The notes beneath the pieces are model-generated. The model was not told the origin of the DNA, made no database searches, and saw only the letters and a program-made list of their open reading frames with translations. Of a stretch of DNA of 64,000 bases, positions 44,902 through 53,978 are shown in pieces (positions within the stretch are counted from its first letter, which is position 1; every line of letters begins with the position of its first letter). A program made the translations under genes and the position numbers. Origin of the DNA: an uncultured Gemmatimonadales bacterium (GTDB taxonomy: Bacteria > Gemmatimonadota > Gemmatimonadetes > Gemmatimonadales > GWC2-71-9); contig CAWFGG010000002.1 in the NCBI GenBank assembly GCA_963815325.1, positions 709,472-773,471 of the forward strand, read 5' to 3'.

Positions 44902-44904
44902 TTT

Positions 44905-45573
44905 ATGCGTCTACTCACCCTCGTACTCGTGGCTGCGATCGCGGCCGCCTGCGGGACCGCGCCCTCACTCGACACGGAGACCTTCACCCTCGACCACATC
45001 GGCGGGGGCCAAGCCGCCACCCTCGTCGAGCCGTATGTTTTTGCCGACCGTCCGAATGCGCCGGGATCGATCAGTCACTCGGGCAACATGCTGACCGTGA
45101 GGGAGACGCGCGATAACCTCGACAAGATCCGCCGCGTCCTCGGCGAGATCGACCTACCCCGACCAACCGTCCGGCTCCACTTCCAGCTGATAGAGGCCGA
45201 CGGCGCTGGGAAGTCCGACCCCGCCATCGCCGAGGTCGAGACCGAGCTACGCAAGCTGTTCCGCTATCGAGGTTACCGCCTGTTGCACGACGCGGTGGTT
45301 GGGGGGACCGAGGGCAGCCACATCGAGCAGGTCGTCGGGCGGGAGGACGATGCCAATGCCGGATACATGCTCATCGCGAACATCGGCGCGGTCCGGGCGT
45401 CGGGAGACTCCGGTACGGTGCAACTGGATGTCGGCGTCCGGAACCCCATGCGCGGCGCGCTCATGACCAGCGTCAATGCTCGAGCCGGTCAGACGCTGGT
45501 GGTGGGCAACGCCCAGCTCATCCAAGGCGGCGGGACACTGATCCTCACCGTACGGCCGGAGTTCATGCGCTGA
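44905..45573 (+). CDS. lipoprotein with a secretin-N (NolW-like) module and a secretin-like C-terminal segment
   Basis: Lipobox 'AIAAACG'. 'MLTVRETRDNLDKIRRVLGEIDLPRPTVRLHFQLIEA' and 'GQTLVVGNAQL...LILTVRPEF'. Only 222 aa. Confidence 0.6.
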   Translation: MRLLTLVLVAAIAAACGTAPSLDTETFTLDHIGGGQAATLVEPYVFADRPNAPGSISHSGNMLTVRETRDNLDKIRRVLGEIDLPRPTVRLHFQLIEADGAGKSDPAIAEVETELRKLFRYRGYRLLHDAVVGGTEGSHIEQVVGREDDANAGYMLIANIGAVRASGDSGTVQLDVGVRNPMRGALMTSVNARAGQTLVVGNAQLIQGGGTLILTVRPEFMR

Positions 45574-45667
45574 GTAGCATGCGCGCCGTACCACATTGGG
45601 CTGCTACGGTCTAGATTTCCGCCGTAGAGGGTCGGCGGCGGACCTGTCGGACCGTGAGGAGGCACCA

Positions 45668-45958
45668 ATGTACCCAGCCAGCGCAGCCGCAGGCGGAGCG
45701 GCCGCGGCCGCGGCCATCGCCCAGGCCATCAAGGCATCGGGCGTCATCGTCGGACTGGAACCCGATGAGTTCCAGAAGATCCTCCGCCGCCAGGAGGCTC
45801 CACTCGTGGTGGAGGCCCTCGGCGGATTCCGGAACAAGACCAGACACTACTTGACGAGCTACAAGGGACTCGCCTTCCACACCAAGACCAAGGACCGCAT
45901 CATCCTGCCGTCGCGGGCCGAGGTGGTGCTCGCTAAGAAGATCTGGCTGCCTGCGTAG
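45668..45958 (+). CDS. small conserved-looking protein with an Ala-rich N-terminus (96 aa)
   Basis: ATG 45668 behind 'gaggagg'. 'MYPASAAAGGAAAAAAIAQAIKASG...YLTSYKGLAFHTK'. Function unknown. Confidence 0.55.
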   Translation: MYPASAAAGGAAAAAAIAQAIKASGVIVGLEPDEFQKILRRQEAPLVVEALGGFRNKTRHYLTSYKGLAFHTKTKDRIILPSRAEVVLAKKIWLPA

Positions 45959-46652
45959 CGCTTTCGGGCACCGGGACGTCCGCCGGGACGACCTCGAAGT
46001 GCGCGATCGAAAGCTCGAGCCCGTGGTTGACCCGTAACCCAACGATCCCGTCCACATCGATGTCCGACCGAGGGAGGCGGGCCACTTCCTCGCCGTTGAT
46101 GCTGAACGTCACAGCGTCAGGGCCCGCATCGATCCGCAGGGTGTTCTCGGGAGCATCGCCACCGTCCGGCTGGCGCGCGATCGCAGCATGATCGGTCCAG
46201 TCCTCGATGGTGGATGTCTCGGCGCCGATCCGGCGCTTGATGAGGAACTTCCCGTCCTGCCGTATCATGAAATACACGTACGACTGCACCACCGACTGTA
46301 AGTCCTTCCCGCCGACGAACAGGCCGTAGGCCTCGCCATGTGCCGTGGGCTTCAGCTGGACGAAGCGCGCCACGGCATAGAAGTCCTCCGAGATGGTCAG
46401 CACCGGGTTGAACAGAATGGCGGCGGGGCCGGTGCGCACCATGTAGCCGGGCTCGGCGTTCCGGAACTCGACGCCGGAAGGGTCGTCCCCCGGCTGATCG
46501 AGTCGGACCTCCCAGCCCGTGGGAAGTCCGGTCGTGGACTCCGGGACTGCCGCGTCGGGGGTGGTGTTCGACCGACGATCACTCTGACACGCAACGGCTG
46601 CCAGGAGGAGTAACGCGGCACCGGCCGTTCGGAAGCGTGGGTAAGAACTCAT
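45933..46652 (-). CDS. lipoprotein with a DUF1080/LamG-like (3-keto-disaccharide-hydrolase-like) domain
   Basis: ATG 46652 inside track ORF 45933-47075. Lipobox 'LAAVACQ'. 'YGLFVGGKD...YFMIRQDGKFLIKRR...VGLRVNHGLELSI'. Confidence 0.6.
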   Translation of the reverse strand: MSSYPRFRTAGAALLLLAAVACQSDRRSNTTPDAAVPESTTGLPTGWEVRLDQPGDDPSGVEFRNAEPGYMVRTGPAAILFNPVLTISEDFYAVARFVQLKPTAHGEAYGLFVGGKDLQSVVQSYVYFMIRQDGKFLIKRRIGAETSTIEDWTDHAAIARQPDGGDAPENTLRIDAGPDAVTFSINGEEVARLPRSDIDVDGIVGLRVNHGLELSIAHFEVVPADVPVPESATQAARSS

Positions 46653-46754
46653 TGGGTACTCCGCAAACGATGTTAGGTTAGGACACATGGACCGGCACGA
46701 ATGTAGTCCGCTGCCCTGGCCTGAGCCAGCGCCGCCTGCGTGGAGGCTGACATC

Positions 46755-47330
46755 ATGACGCGCGATCCGGCTCCCGTCCAGATCACCCTCCCGCCCTGGG
46801 TCGACGAGGTGGTGGAGTGGACGAAGCGATACCCCGCGGATGAGGACCGGATGCGGCTCGCCATCACGCTCGCGCGCGAGAACGTTGCCCGCAATACAGG
46901 GGGGCCGTTCGGGGCGGCGATCTTCGTGGAAGAGACCGGTGAGCTGGTGGGCGTCGGGATGAACAGCGTGCAGCGCCTTACCAACGCCACGCTTCATGCC
47001 GAGATGATGGCCTTCATGATGGCCCAGCACGCAGTGGGTGCCTATTCCCTGAGCGCACCGGGCCTCCCCCACCACACGCTGGTCACTTCCTGCGATCCCT
47101 GCGCAATGTGCCTGGGTGCCGTCCTGTGGAGCGGGGTACAGCGGGTGGTCTGCGGTGCCAGCCGGGACGACGCGACCCGGCTCGGCTTCGACGAGGGCCC
47201 GGTCTTCCCGGAGTCCTATCGCTACCTCGAGGATCGCGGCATTACGATTGTGCGCGGGGTGTTACATCACGAGGCGCGCGCCGTGCTCGAGTTATATCGC
47301 CAGCGCAGCGGAATCATCTACAACGGCTGA
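46755..47330 (+). CDS. CMP/dCMP-type zinc deaminase (guanine/nucleoside deaminase-like)
   Basis: ATG behind 'ggagg'. 'HAEMMA' plus 'PCAMCLGA' zinc-binding motifs. Confidence 0.8.
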   Translation: MTRDPAPVQITLPPWVDEVVEWTKRYPADEDRMRLAITLARENVARNTGGPFGAAIFVEETGELVGVGMNSVQRLTNATLHAEMMAFMMAQHAVGAYSLSAPGLPHHTLVTSCDPCAMCLGAVLWSGVQRVVCGASRDDATRLGFDEGPVFPESYRYLEDRGITIVRGVLHHEARAVLELYRQRSGIIYNG

Positions 47331-47346
47331 TGCTGGATGGGTGCGC

Positions 47347-47871
47347 TCAGCCGCCGGTCTTACCCCGCCCGGTCCATCGATCCGAACCGACCACATCATC
47401 GATCAGGCGTTCGAGCGCGGTGAGCGCCCGCGGCACATCGGCACAGCCGTAGTCGTGCTCGACCCGCTTGGTCGCGCCGCTCCGGGTGAGTGAGGTGATT
47501 GCGGTGGGTGAGTCGGGCACGTACGAAGGACAGCTGGCCTGGCCGGCGGTGTAATGATCCGCCAGCTGGTCAAAGCCCGCGCGTTCGAACTCCACAAGCA
47601 GGCGGCGCACCTCGCTTTGGGGAATGCCCGCCGAGTCCTGGCCGACCACCGCGACGTGCGCTTTGCCCTCGTACCGGACCTGGCCGGCTCCGTCCACTGT
47701 GAGTCGATACACCGGGCAGGTGCCGAAGCACGATCCACGCTCCAACGTGATCAGGACATCCTCGAGCGACGCCGGTGTCTGGACGGCCGGCCGCGGCGCG
47801 CACGCGAGCAGTGCGAGAGCGGCGGACCACGGAGCCCATGCCGCGGCGCGCGAGATCATGGGAGTTCTCAT
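47347..47871 (-). CDS. small lipoprotein (DUF6438-like)
   Basis: ATG overlaps the upstream TGA (ATGA at 47868-47871). Lipobox 'ALLAC'. 'ERGSCFGTCPVYRLTVDGAG.VRYEG'. Confidence 0.6.
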   Translation of the reverse strand: MRTPMISRAAAWAPWSAALALLACAPRPAVQTPASLEDVLITLERGSCFGTCPVYRLTVDGAGQVRYEGKAHVAVVGQDSAGIPQSEVRRLLVEFERAGFDQLADHYTAGQASCPSYVPDSPTAITSLTRSGATKRVEHDYGCADVPRALTALERLIDDVVGSDRWTGRGKTGG

Positions 47872-50354
47872 CGACCGGAGACGGTGACTCTGGCGGGAGT
47901 GCTTCGGACGCCGTCCGAGTACAGTAACTCGACCTCCCGCCCCGTGGTCCACACGGTGGCGGCGCCACCGCGGGCGAAGGAGAGGATTTCGCGGGTCCGC
48001 GGATCGCGAACGAGGAGCATCGGGAATTGCGAGCGATCCCACCGAAGCTCGATACGGTCGGGGGCGACGGACTCGACCGACGCAGCCGGCGGCTGCTGCA
48101 GCGCTTGCGCACCGGGCGCCGCGCCGCGGGACATCGCGACCGCCTGCCCTGCCGGACCCGTCACCCTGAGGCTCGCAGGCCGAGCGCGGATCGGCACGGT
48201 AAAGGCAAAGTGGCCTTCCCACTGCGGCGCATCGGCCACCGTCCGGGGCGAGAACGCATAGCGGAAGAGCCGGGTGCCATCGGCGGCCAAACCCTCGAGC
48301 GTGTAGGGCCCCGTGCCGGACGGGGTCACGGGCGCGGCATCGAGTTCGAAGGCCGGCTCGAGCTCGATGGTCCCACTGCGCACCCGTCCCCAGACCAGGA
48401 GCACCGGCTGCCGGGCCGCGCCGGGTTGTGACACCGAGAAGCTCGCCTGGACATGGTTGACCACGCCGGTATAGGTGTAGTCGCTGACCCAGTCGTTGGA
48501 GCAGTACCCCATGATGTCCGGGCGCGTCGGTGGTATCAGCGTCGCCGAGCCCACATCGTAGCCCCAGACTCCGATCACGCCGCCGGGGTACGGGTAGTTC
48601 GGATCCGGGTTCCCCGCCCCGCCGCACGGCGCATGCTGCCGCCCCCAGTTGTGACCCCACTCGTGCGCCGCGACACCGCTCGCGCTCGGCAGCTTGTCCC
48701 ATCCCACGGCCGCCTTGCCGGGCACGTAGCCGATGCCGGCGATGCCGCTCGAATACGTCGTATTGACCACGCCGAAATAGTACCGGGAGCTGGCGTCCGC
48801 GGTTCTCAGCGCGTTGATCTCGCTCAGCACCCGGCTCCAGGTTCCGGTCGCGTTGTCGCTCTCGATGGGGATGGTATCGGTGAAGGTGTACGGCGCCCGG
48901 ATGTCGGCGCTGTACGACTCGAGCGGGAAGAGCTGCTGCGTCACGGCCAAGAATTGATCTTGATTGCCGACCGTGACATTGCCGGTCAGACCGTTCACAC
49001 TCTGGAGCACCGGCACGAAGCGCAGGGTGAACGGATTGATCGAGCGCACGTCCATCGCCTGCGGCGTACCGGAGGCTGGGAAGTTGTTGTCGCCCTCGTC
49101 CTGCTCGACGATGGCATTGCTCGGGTCGACGTCCGCCACGAGTTCCAGCCCGGGTCCGATGGCCGACGCCGGAAGGGCCAGGTTCCACGATTTGTTCAGA
49201 TCGCCTTCATCGACAATGGTCGGGACCCCGATGGTGGGTGCCGGAATCGTCGACGTGGTAACCAGCGAACCATTGTCGTAAACCCTCAGCCGGACGTCCG
49301 GCTGCTCGACGTTGGTTTGGTTGGCCCGGACGAAGATCCGTACGAATCCGTCACGCCCGGCCACCAGGGGCACATTGCCACCATAGTCCTGGACGCTCTG
49401 CGTGACGTACATCCCGTCGATGAACAGATTGAGCGTGGCTGGCGATGCCACCTGGTAGGTGACCGATGCGGAAGCTGTGGCCCCCGCCGTGACCGACACG
49501 GTCTGGGTCGAAGGGTTGGGGACATAGGCGACCGCACCGTCCGATACGTTGCGCGCATCGACCGTGTAGCCACCGGCCGCGATGTTCGACAGGGTCGTCG
49601 TCTGCGTGACCGCCGCGCTGTACCCCGGTCCGGTTACCGTGACGTCCGCATCGACCCCATTGGGCAGGCCCGTGATCGTCACTGCGAGCGACCCCGAGGA
49701 CAGGACGTAGGTCACGCTGCTGGTGGCCGGCGTGGGCGTGGCAGTGACCGCGACGGTTTGCATGGGCACGGTGGCATCGTACGTCGAGCTGCCCGCTTGG
49801 ACTCGTGCCGCCGCCACCGTGTAGGTGCCCGGTGTCAAGTTCGACAACGTGGTCGTGGCCGCGAGTGCGACCGAGAAGCCTCCCGCACGCGTGACGGTGA
49901 CGCCGGCGGCCGCGCCGCTCGGGAGTCCAGCAACGGTCACCGTCAGGCTCCCCGTTGAGAGAGCGTAGCTCACGGTCACTGCCACCGGGGCATCAGCTGC
50001 AACGATGCTCACCGGCTGCGACGCCAGGGCGGGAGAGTAGGTCGCCGATGGGGTGCTGACAGCGGTGGCGCTGACGAGGTACTGCCCGGGAACCAGGTCG
50101 GCGAGGGTTTCCGATCCGGTCAGGGAGCGGTTGAAGCCGCCCGGACCACTGATAGTGATGGCGGCGGCCGTTCCCTGGCCCAGGCCACCGACCGTAACGG
50201 CCAGGCTGCCGGTCGTCGGGCCGGCGACCTTCTCCCCGCCCCCACAGGACACCGCGAGAACGGCCACGGCGGCCACGAAGGCTACCCGCGCCCGCGCCCG
50301 AACCGAGTGCCGGATCGGGACCGATAGACTGTGGGGGCCGAACAGGACAGACAT
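47868..50354 (-). CDS. secreted metzincin-type zinc metalloprotease lipoprotein with three N-terminal Ig-like repeats
   Basis: Start 'MSVLFGP...LAVSCGGG' inside track ORF 47868-50483. Three ~85-aa repeats 'GSL.VT..GLP.G....VT..G.GF......TTTLSNL.PG.YTV'. Zinc motif 'HEWGHNWGRQH' (HExxHxxGxxH). Confidence 0.75.
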   Translation of the reverse strand: MSVLFGPHSLSVPIRHSVRARARVAFVAAVAVLAVSCGGGEKVAGPTTGSLAVTVGGLGQGTAAAITISGPGGFNRSLTGSETLADLVPGQYLVSATAVSTPSATYSPALASQPVSIVAADAPVAVTVSYALSTGSLTVTVAGLPSGAAAGVTVTRAGGFSVALAATTTLSNLTPGTYTVAAARVQAGSSTYDATVPMQTVAVTATPTPATSSVTYVLSSGSLAVTITGLPNGVDADVTVTGPGYSAAVTQTTTLSNIAAGGYTVDARNVSDGAVAYVPNPSTQTVSVTAGATASASVTYQVASPATLNLFIDGMYVTQSVQDYGGNVPLVAGRDGFVRIFVRANQTNVEQPDVRLRVYDNGSLVTTSTIPAPTIGVPTIVDEGDLNKSWNLALPASAIGPGLELVADVDPSNAIVEQDEGDNNFPASGTPQAMDVRSINPFTLRFVPVLQSVNGLTGNVTVGNQDQFLAVTQQLFPLESYSADIRAPYTFTDTIPIESDNATGTWSRVLSEINALRTADASSRYYFGVVNTTYSSGIAGIGYVPGKAAVGWDKLPSASGVAAHEWGHNWGRQHAPCGGAGNPDPNYPYPGGVIGVWGYDVGSATLIPPTRPDIMGYCSNDWVSDYTYTGVVNHVQASFSVSQPGAARQPVLLVWGRVRSGTIELEPAFELDAAPVTPSGTGPYTLEGLAADGTRLFRYAFSPRTVADAPQWEGHFAFTVPIRARPASLRVTGPAGQAVAMSRGAAPGAQALQQPPAASVESVAPDRIELRWDRSQFPMLLVRDPRTREILSFARGGAATVWTTGREVELLYSDGVRSTPARVTVSGR

Positions 50355-50660
50355 GCGTACCCTTCCCGATGAGTCATCGCGGGGCGTGCCGAAGCCTAAG
50401 CTAATCCCAATCCGGGGAGCAACAGGTGTGCCAGGGAAGGCCCAGACCGGCACTTCAGCCCTAAGATATTGGTACGGCAACACCTCAGGGGTGAGCAGCG
50501 GCGTCTCGCCGCGGCGCCCGGATGTCCACCATCAGAATCTGCAGTGGATATGTCCAGACAGCAAAGATATCGTGGCAGGCCTCTGGGCGCTCCCGCCCCC
50601 CGGAGACTCGCTGTATCTTCTCTGCGTCACCACTCGCTCTCTCGACCAGGGCCGCTTGCG

Positions 50661-50813
50661 ATGGAACCGATCATCTTCGTGGTATTGCTCGCTCTTGGCG
50701 TCTACCTGGCCTTCAAGGTCGTGAAGGTGATCGTGCGACTCGCCATCGCGACCGGCCTGGCCCTGGCGTTTTATTTCTTGCTCTATCCTCGGATCGCCAA
50801 CTTCCTGCAGTAG
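50661..50813 (+). CDS. 50-aa two-TM small membrane protein
   Basis: 'MEPIIFVVLLALGVYLAFKVVKVIVRLAIATGLALAFYFLLYPRIANFLQ', followed by a terminator. Short, so tentative. Confidence 0.4.
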   Translation: MEPIIFVVLLALGVYLAFKVVKVIVRLAIATGLALAFYFLLYPRIANFLQ

Positions 50814-50859
50814 CCTGGCCCTCCCCATGGGAAGGGCCGCAGCCTACCAGGAAAGCACA

Positions 50860-50898
50860 GGCCCGGCTTCCGCAAGGGAGGCCGGGCCCAGTTTGTGT
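50860..50898. terminator. bidirectional intrinsic terminator
   Basis: Stem 'ggcccggcttcc'/'gggaggccgggcc' with a GCAA tetraloop, followed by 'tttgtgtg' on the plus strand. Lies between convergent genes. Confidence 0.65.
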
Positions 50899-50914
50899 GC
50901 GCCACGGCATCGGC

Positions 50915-51427
50915 CTAGGTGAACACGATGTGACCGCCGCCGGCCATTTCGTAGAATTCCCCAACGGTGATGACACGCTCGACCTGCGGAATGAAGTCGT
51001 CCATCGACCAGCCGAACATGTCGACCGAAGCCTTGCAGGCAAACAGCTTGCCACCGGAATCGGAGATCATCTCGAGGAACTCGGGAATCGGCGGGATGTC
51101 GAGCTTCTCCATGGTCTTGGACATTTGCCGGGTCACCATGGCCGACATTCCCGGCACGCCGCCGAGCCAGGTCATGAGATGGAGCCCGGGATTGCCCACG
51201 GTCGCGACCTTCACGCGGTGGGTCCGATCCTTGTGGATGGCATCCATTCCGAAAAAGGTGAAGAACACGTTGGCCTCGATACCCTCCATCCGGGCTCCGT
51301 TCGCCATGATCAGGCCGGGATAGATCCCTTCGAGCGATCCCTTGGAAACAATGATCGAGACTTTCTTGATCGCCTCATCCACCGGTGTGGGCACCGCCGT
51401 GGATTCGGGCATGATCGTGCTGGTCAT
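50915..51427 (-). CDS. DsrE/DsrF-like sulfur-relay family protein (COG2210-type)
   Basis: 170 aa. 'VSIIVSKGSLEG', 'FFTFFGMD' and the conserved Cys block 'KLFACKASVDMFG'. Confidence 0.7.
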   Translation of the reverse strand: MTSTIMPESTAVPTPVDEAIKKVSIIVSKGSLEGIYPGLIMANGARMEGIEANVFFTFFGMDAIHKDRTHRVKVATVGNPGLHLMTWLGGVPGMSAMVTRQMSKTMEKLDIPPIPEFLEMISDSGGKLFACKASVDMFGWSMDDFIPQVERVITVGEFYEMAGGGHIVFT

Positions 51428-51442
51428 GGACTTCTCCTCCTC

Positions 51443-51769
51443 TTAGATACACCCGCGCGGCTTGGGAATCCCGGCGATCCTGGCGGCCAGTTTGGCCGGA
51501 CCCTTGGGAAACAACTGGTAGAGTTCCTTGATCGGCACGCCCGATTCCTTACCGAGGGCCCGGATCGAGGGCGCACTGCCGGCCTCGAGAAACCGCTTTC
51601 GCATGAATTCGATGACCATCCAATGCTTCGGGGTGAGTTCGCCAATCCCGATGTCGTCAGCGATTTCCTCGGCAATCGACTTGGTCCACTGCTCTGGCTT
51701 CTGCATGTACCCTTCGCCGTCGACATCGACGGTCTGTCCGGCAATTGTGGTCTGGCTCGTCGCGGTCAC
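51443..51769 (-). CDS. TusE/DsrC-family sulfur carrier
   Basis: 108 aa. 'LTPKHWMVIEFMRKRFLE' and the C-terminal arm 'GIPKPRGCI', which has a single Cys (TusE-like). Confidence 0.8.
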   Translation of the reverse strand: MTATSQTTIAGQTVDVDGEGYMQKPEQWTKSIAEEIADDIGIGELTPKHWMVIEFMRKRFLEAGSAPSIRALGKESGVPIKELYQLFPKGPAKLAARIAGIPKPRGCI

Positions 51770-51790
51770 AGGCTTGACTCCTTCTCGTAA

Positions 51791-53104
51791 CTAGGCAACC
51801 TGACTGGGGATTTCTTCGGGTGATACCTCTGGTACCGGCTCCTGGGGTGTATGCGGGAGCGGTCGCTTGCCGCGCATCGACATGTGGCTCGACGTGCCTG
51901 GAATGTGCCGACCAGGCAACAGCATGTTCCAATAGATCCACCGAAACGCCAACTTGCCGATGTGGTTGAGCCGGCTCTCCTTGAGAAGCGGCAACGGACC
52001 GAGCACGGGAATGGGAAACATCCCCGGCAACGGCTCAACATTGTAGTTGAAGTCGATCAGCAGCGCCTTGTTGAATCCGGTTTCGATGAAACAATTGGCA
52101 TGGCCGTCGAAGCCATGCTCGAGCGGGCTGTCCTGCAGGTAGAGTCGGACATTGTGCTCGAGGATTTCCGCCTGGAAATGCGCCACCGATCCGGCCTTGG
52201 AGGCCGGTACGTTGGTGGCGTCGCCGATGGCGAAGATGTTCGGCTTGACCTCGGCCTGCAGGGTCCGCTGATCCACTATCACAAAGCGCTGATCGTCGCC
52301 AAGCCCATCCGTCTCAGCAATAAACTCCGCGCCCATATGCAGCGGAACGCTCACCAGGAGATCGAAGTCTACCACGCGGTCGTCCCACGACACTAACCGT
52401 CCGTTGGGACCGTCGACCTCCCCCGCGTTGAATTCCGTCACGAGACGGACACCCTTCTCGGTCAGGAGATGGGTCAGGGCTTTGGCACACGTCGGCTTGG
52501 TAAACGCGCTATCCAACGGTGTCACATAGGTGATGTCGACCTTGTCCCGAATCCCGCGCTCGGTGAAGTACCAGTCCGCCAGAAATGCGAACTCGAGCGG
52601 GGCCACCGGACATTTGATCGGCATATCCACGATGTCCACCACGAGGCGCCCGCCCTCCCACCGCTCGAGGGCGTCCGCCAAGGCTACCGCGCCTTCCAGG
52701 GTGTAGAACTCGAATATGCGTTCACCCCATCCGGCACCGGTCAGCCCAACCGTCTCTTCGGGAGCGATCTGCGTGCCCGTTGCGATGATGAGCACGTCAT
52801 AGGGCAGCTTCCGCCCGTCTGCCAGCACGACCTCATTGGTGTCCGTCAGGACACGACGGATCCCGCTCTCGATCCGGTTCACTTCGCTCGGAAGGCAATC
52901 TACCTGACGCCGGACGAGATCCTCCGGTTGGTAGATCCCGAAGGGAACGAACAGCAATCCCGGCTGATACAGGTGAGTCCTATCCTGATCGACGATGGTG
53001 ATACTCAGGGCCTCGCACTTGATCTCCTTCCGGTAGAGCCGTGAGAGGCGATTGGCCATGATGGTCCCAGCAGTTCCCGCTCCCAAGATCACAATTTGCT
53101 TCAT
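51791..53104 (-). CDS. sulfide:quinone oxidoreductase-like FAD-dependent disulfide reductase
   Basis: ATG 53104 'MKQIVILGAGTAGT' inside track ORF 51791-53332. 'IKCPVAPLEF', 'IFAIGDATNVPASKAG', 'HANCFIETG'. Confidence 0.75.
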   Translation of the reverse strand: MKQIVILGAGTAGTIMANRLSRLYRKEIKCEALSITIVDQDRTHLYQPGLLFVPFGIYQPEDLVRRQVDCLPSEVNRIESGIRRVLTDTNEVVLADGRKLPYDVLIIATGTQIAPEETVGLTGAGWGERIFEFYTLEGAVALADALERWEGGRLVVDIVDMPIKCPVAPLEFAFLADWYFTERGIRDKVDITYVTPLDSAFTKPTCAKALTHLLTEKGVRLVTEFNAGEVDGPNGRLVSWDDRVVDFDLLVSVPLHMGAEFIAETDGLGDDQRFVIVDQRTLQAEVKPNIFAIGDATNVPASKAGSVAHFQAEILEHNVRLYLQDSPLEHGFDGHANCFIETGFNKALLIDFNYNVEPLPGMFPIPVLGPLPLLKESRLNHIGKLAFRWIYWNMLLPGRHIPGTSSHMSMRGKRPLPHTPQEPVPEVSPEEIPSQVA

Positions 53105-53122
53105 CGGTGCGGCACTCCAGGG

Positions 53123-53161
53123 TCGAATTGGGCGAATCGCCAAAACCCAATTGCGATTCGA
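53123..53161. promoter_or_regulatory. interleaved inverted repeats in a GC-poorer divergent intergenic region
   Basis: 'aattggg' (53126-32) with 'cccaatt' (53146-52). 'cgaatcgc' (53133-40) with 'gcgattcg' (53153-60). Outer 'tcgaat' (53123-28) with 'attcga' (53156-61). Begins 19 nt upstream of the SQR ATG. Confidence 0.35.
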
Positions 53162-53391
53162 GTTGCCGGAAATTGTCATGAAACCTATAAAGACAGCCCC
53201 AATGCCATCTGAAGATATCTTCATTCTTTGAGCCTGAGCCCTCCTCACGGTTGCCGCTTCGAGCGTTCCGGAACGGCGCCACAGGGGCCTGGGGCATGGA
53301 CATTGCGCCGCTCCTGGCCAGCCTGCGTGCAAGAATGAGAGGCCCCGGCATCTCCCCCTCGAGCACGCTCGACCCGAACCCGGGAGCCCTC

Positions 53392-53973
53392 ATGCTTCGA
53401 GTCCACTACATCCTGGGCGCCGCCTACCTGGCCCTCTGCATCATGTTGCTCCGGGGCTCGGCCTCTCGACCGGAGTTCCTGCCCCATCCGACGGGTACGA
53501 CCCAAATCGTCCCCGCGACCGGCGAGGCCGGCGCATGGTTCGCGAGCATGAAGCCCTATTGCAACGCGGTCGAAGTGGAGACCCGGCAACGGGCCACGCC
53601 CCCACCCGGGACGCTGGAAGGATTGGGCTACAGCGCCGGCTGCTACGCGTTGGGCGGGAAGATCGACCTCGCGCGCGAAACGATCCGACGCGCTCCCGCC
53701 GATCAGCAGTACAAGGCAGCCGGTATTGTGTTCGCTCTGGCGCATCCGGTGGCAGACGCCGGTGACGACAAGTCGGCCGGACCGATCATGGAGCTGGTCC
53801 TGGAGTTCTGGCCCAACCACTACCAGGCACGCTATCACGCCGGGATGTCGTCCTACATCCTCGGCGACGCCGGACGGGCCCGCCTGCATCTCACGCAGTT
53901 CGTCGAGGAGTATCGGCAGAACGACGGCTGGCGCCGGAATGCAGAGGCCGTGCTGCAACGCCTCGGCAACTGA
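53392..53973 (+). CDS. membrane-anchored hypothetical protein
   Basis: ATG 53392 'MLRVHYILGAAYLALCIMLL' (TM) inside track ORF 53251-53973. Stop lies 5 nt before the kinase ATG. Confidence 0.5.
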   Translation: MLRVHYILGAAYLALCIMLLRGSASRPEFLPHPTGTTQIVPATGEAGAWFASMKPYCNAVEVETRQRATPPPGTLEGLGYSAGCYALGGKIDLARETIRRAPADQQYKAAGIVFALAHPVADAGDDKSAGPIMELVLEFWPNHYQARYHAGMSSYILGDAGRARLHLTQFVEEYRQNDGWRRNAEAVLQRLGN

Positions 53974-53978
53974 CGGTT

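Noticed and set aside
49440-50210. Repeats inside the metalloprotease gene as a mobile or DNA-level repeat element.
   Set aside because: The similarity is at protein level (three Ig-like modules), in frame, with diverged nucleotides. It is ordinary domain duplication.
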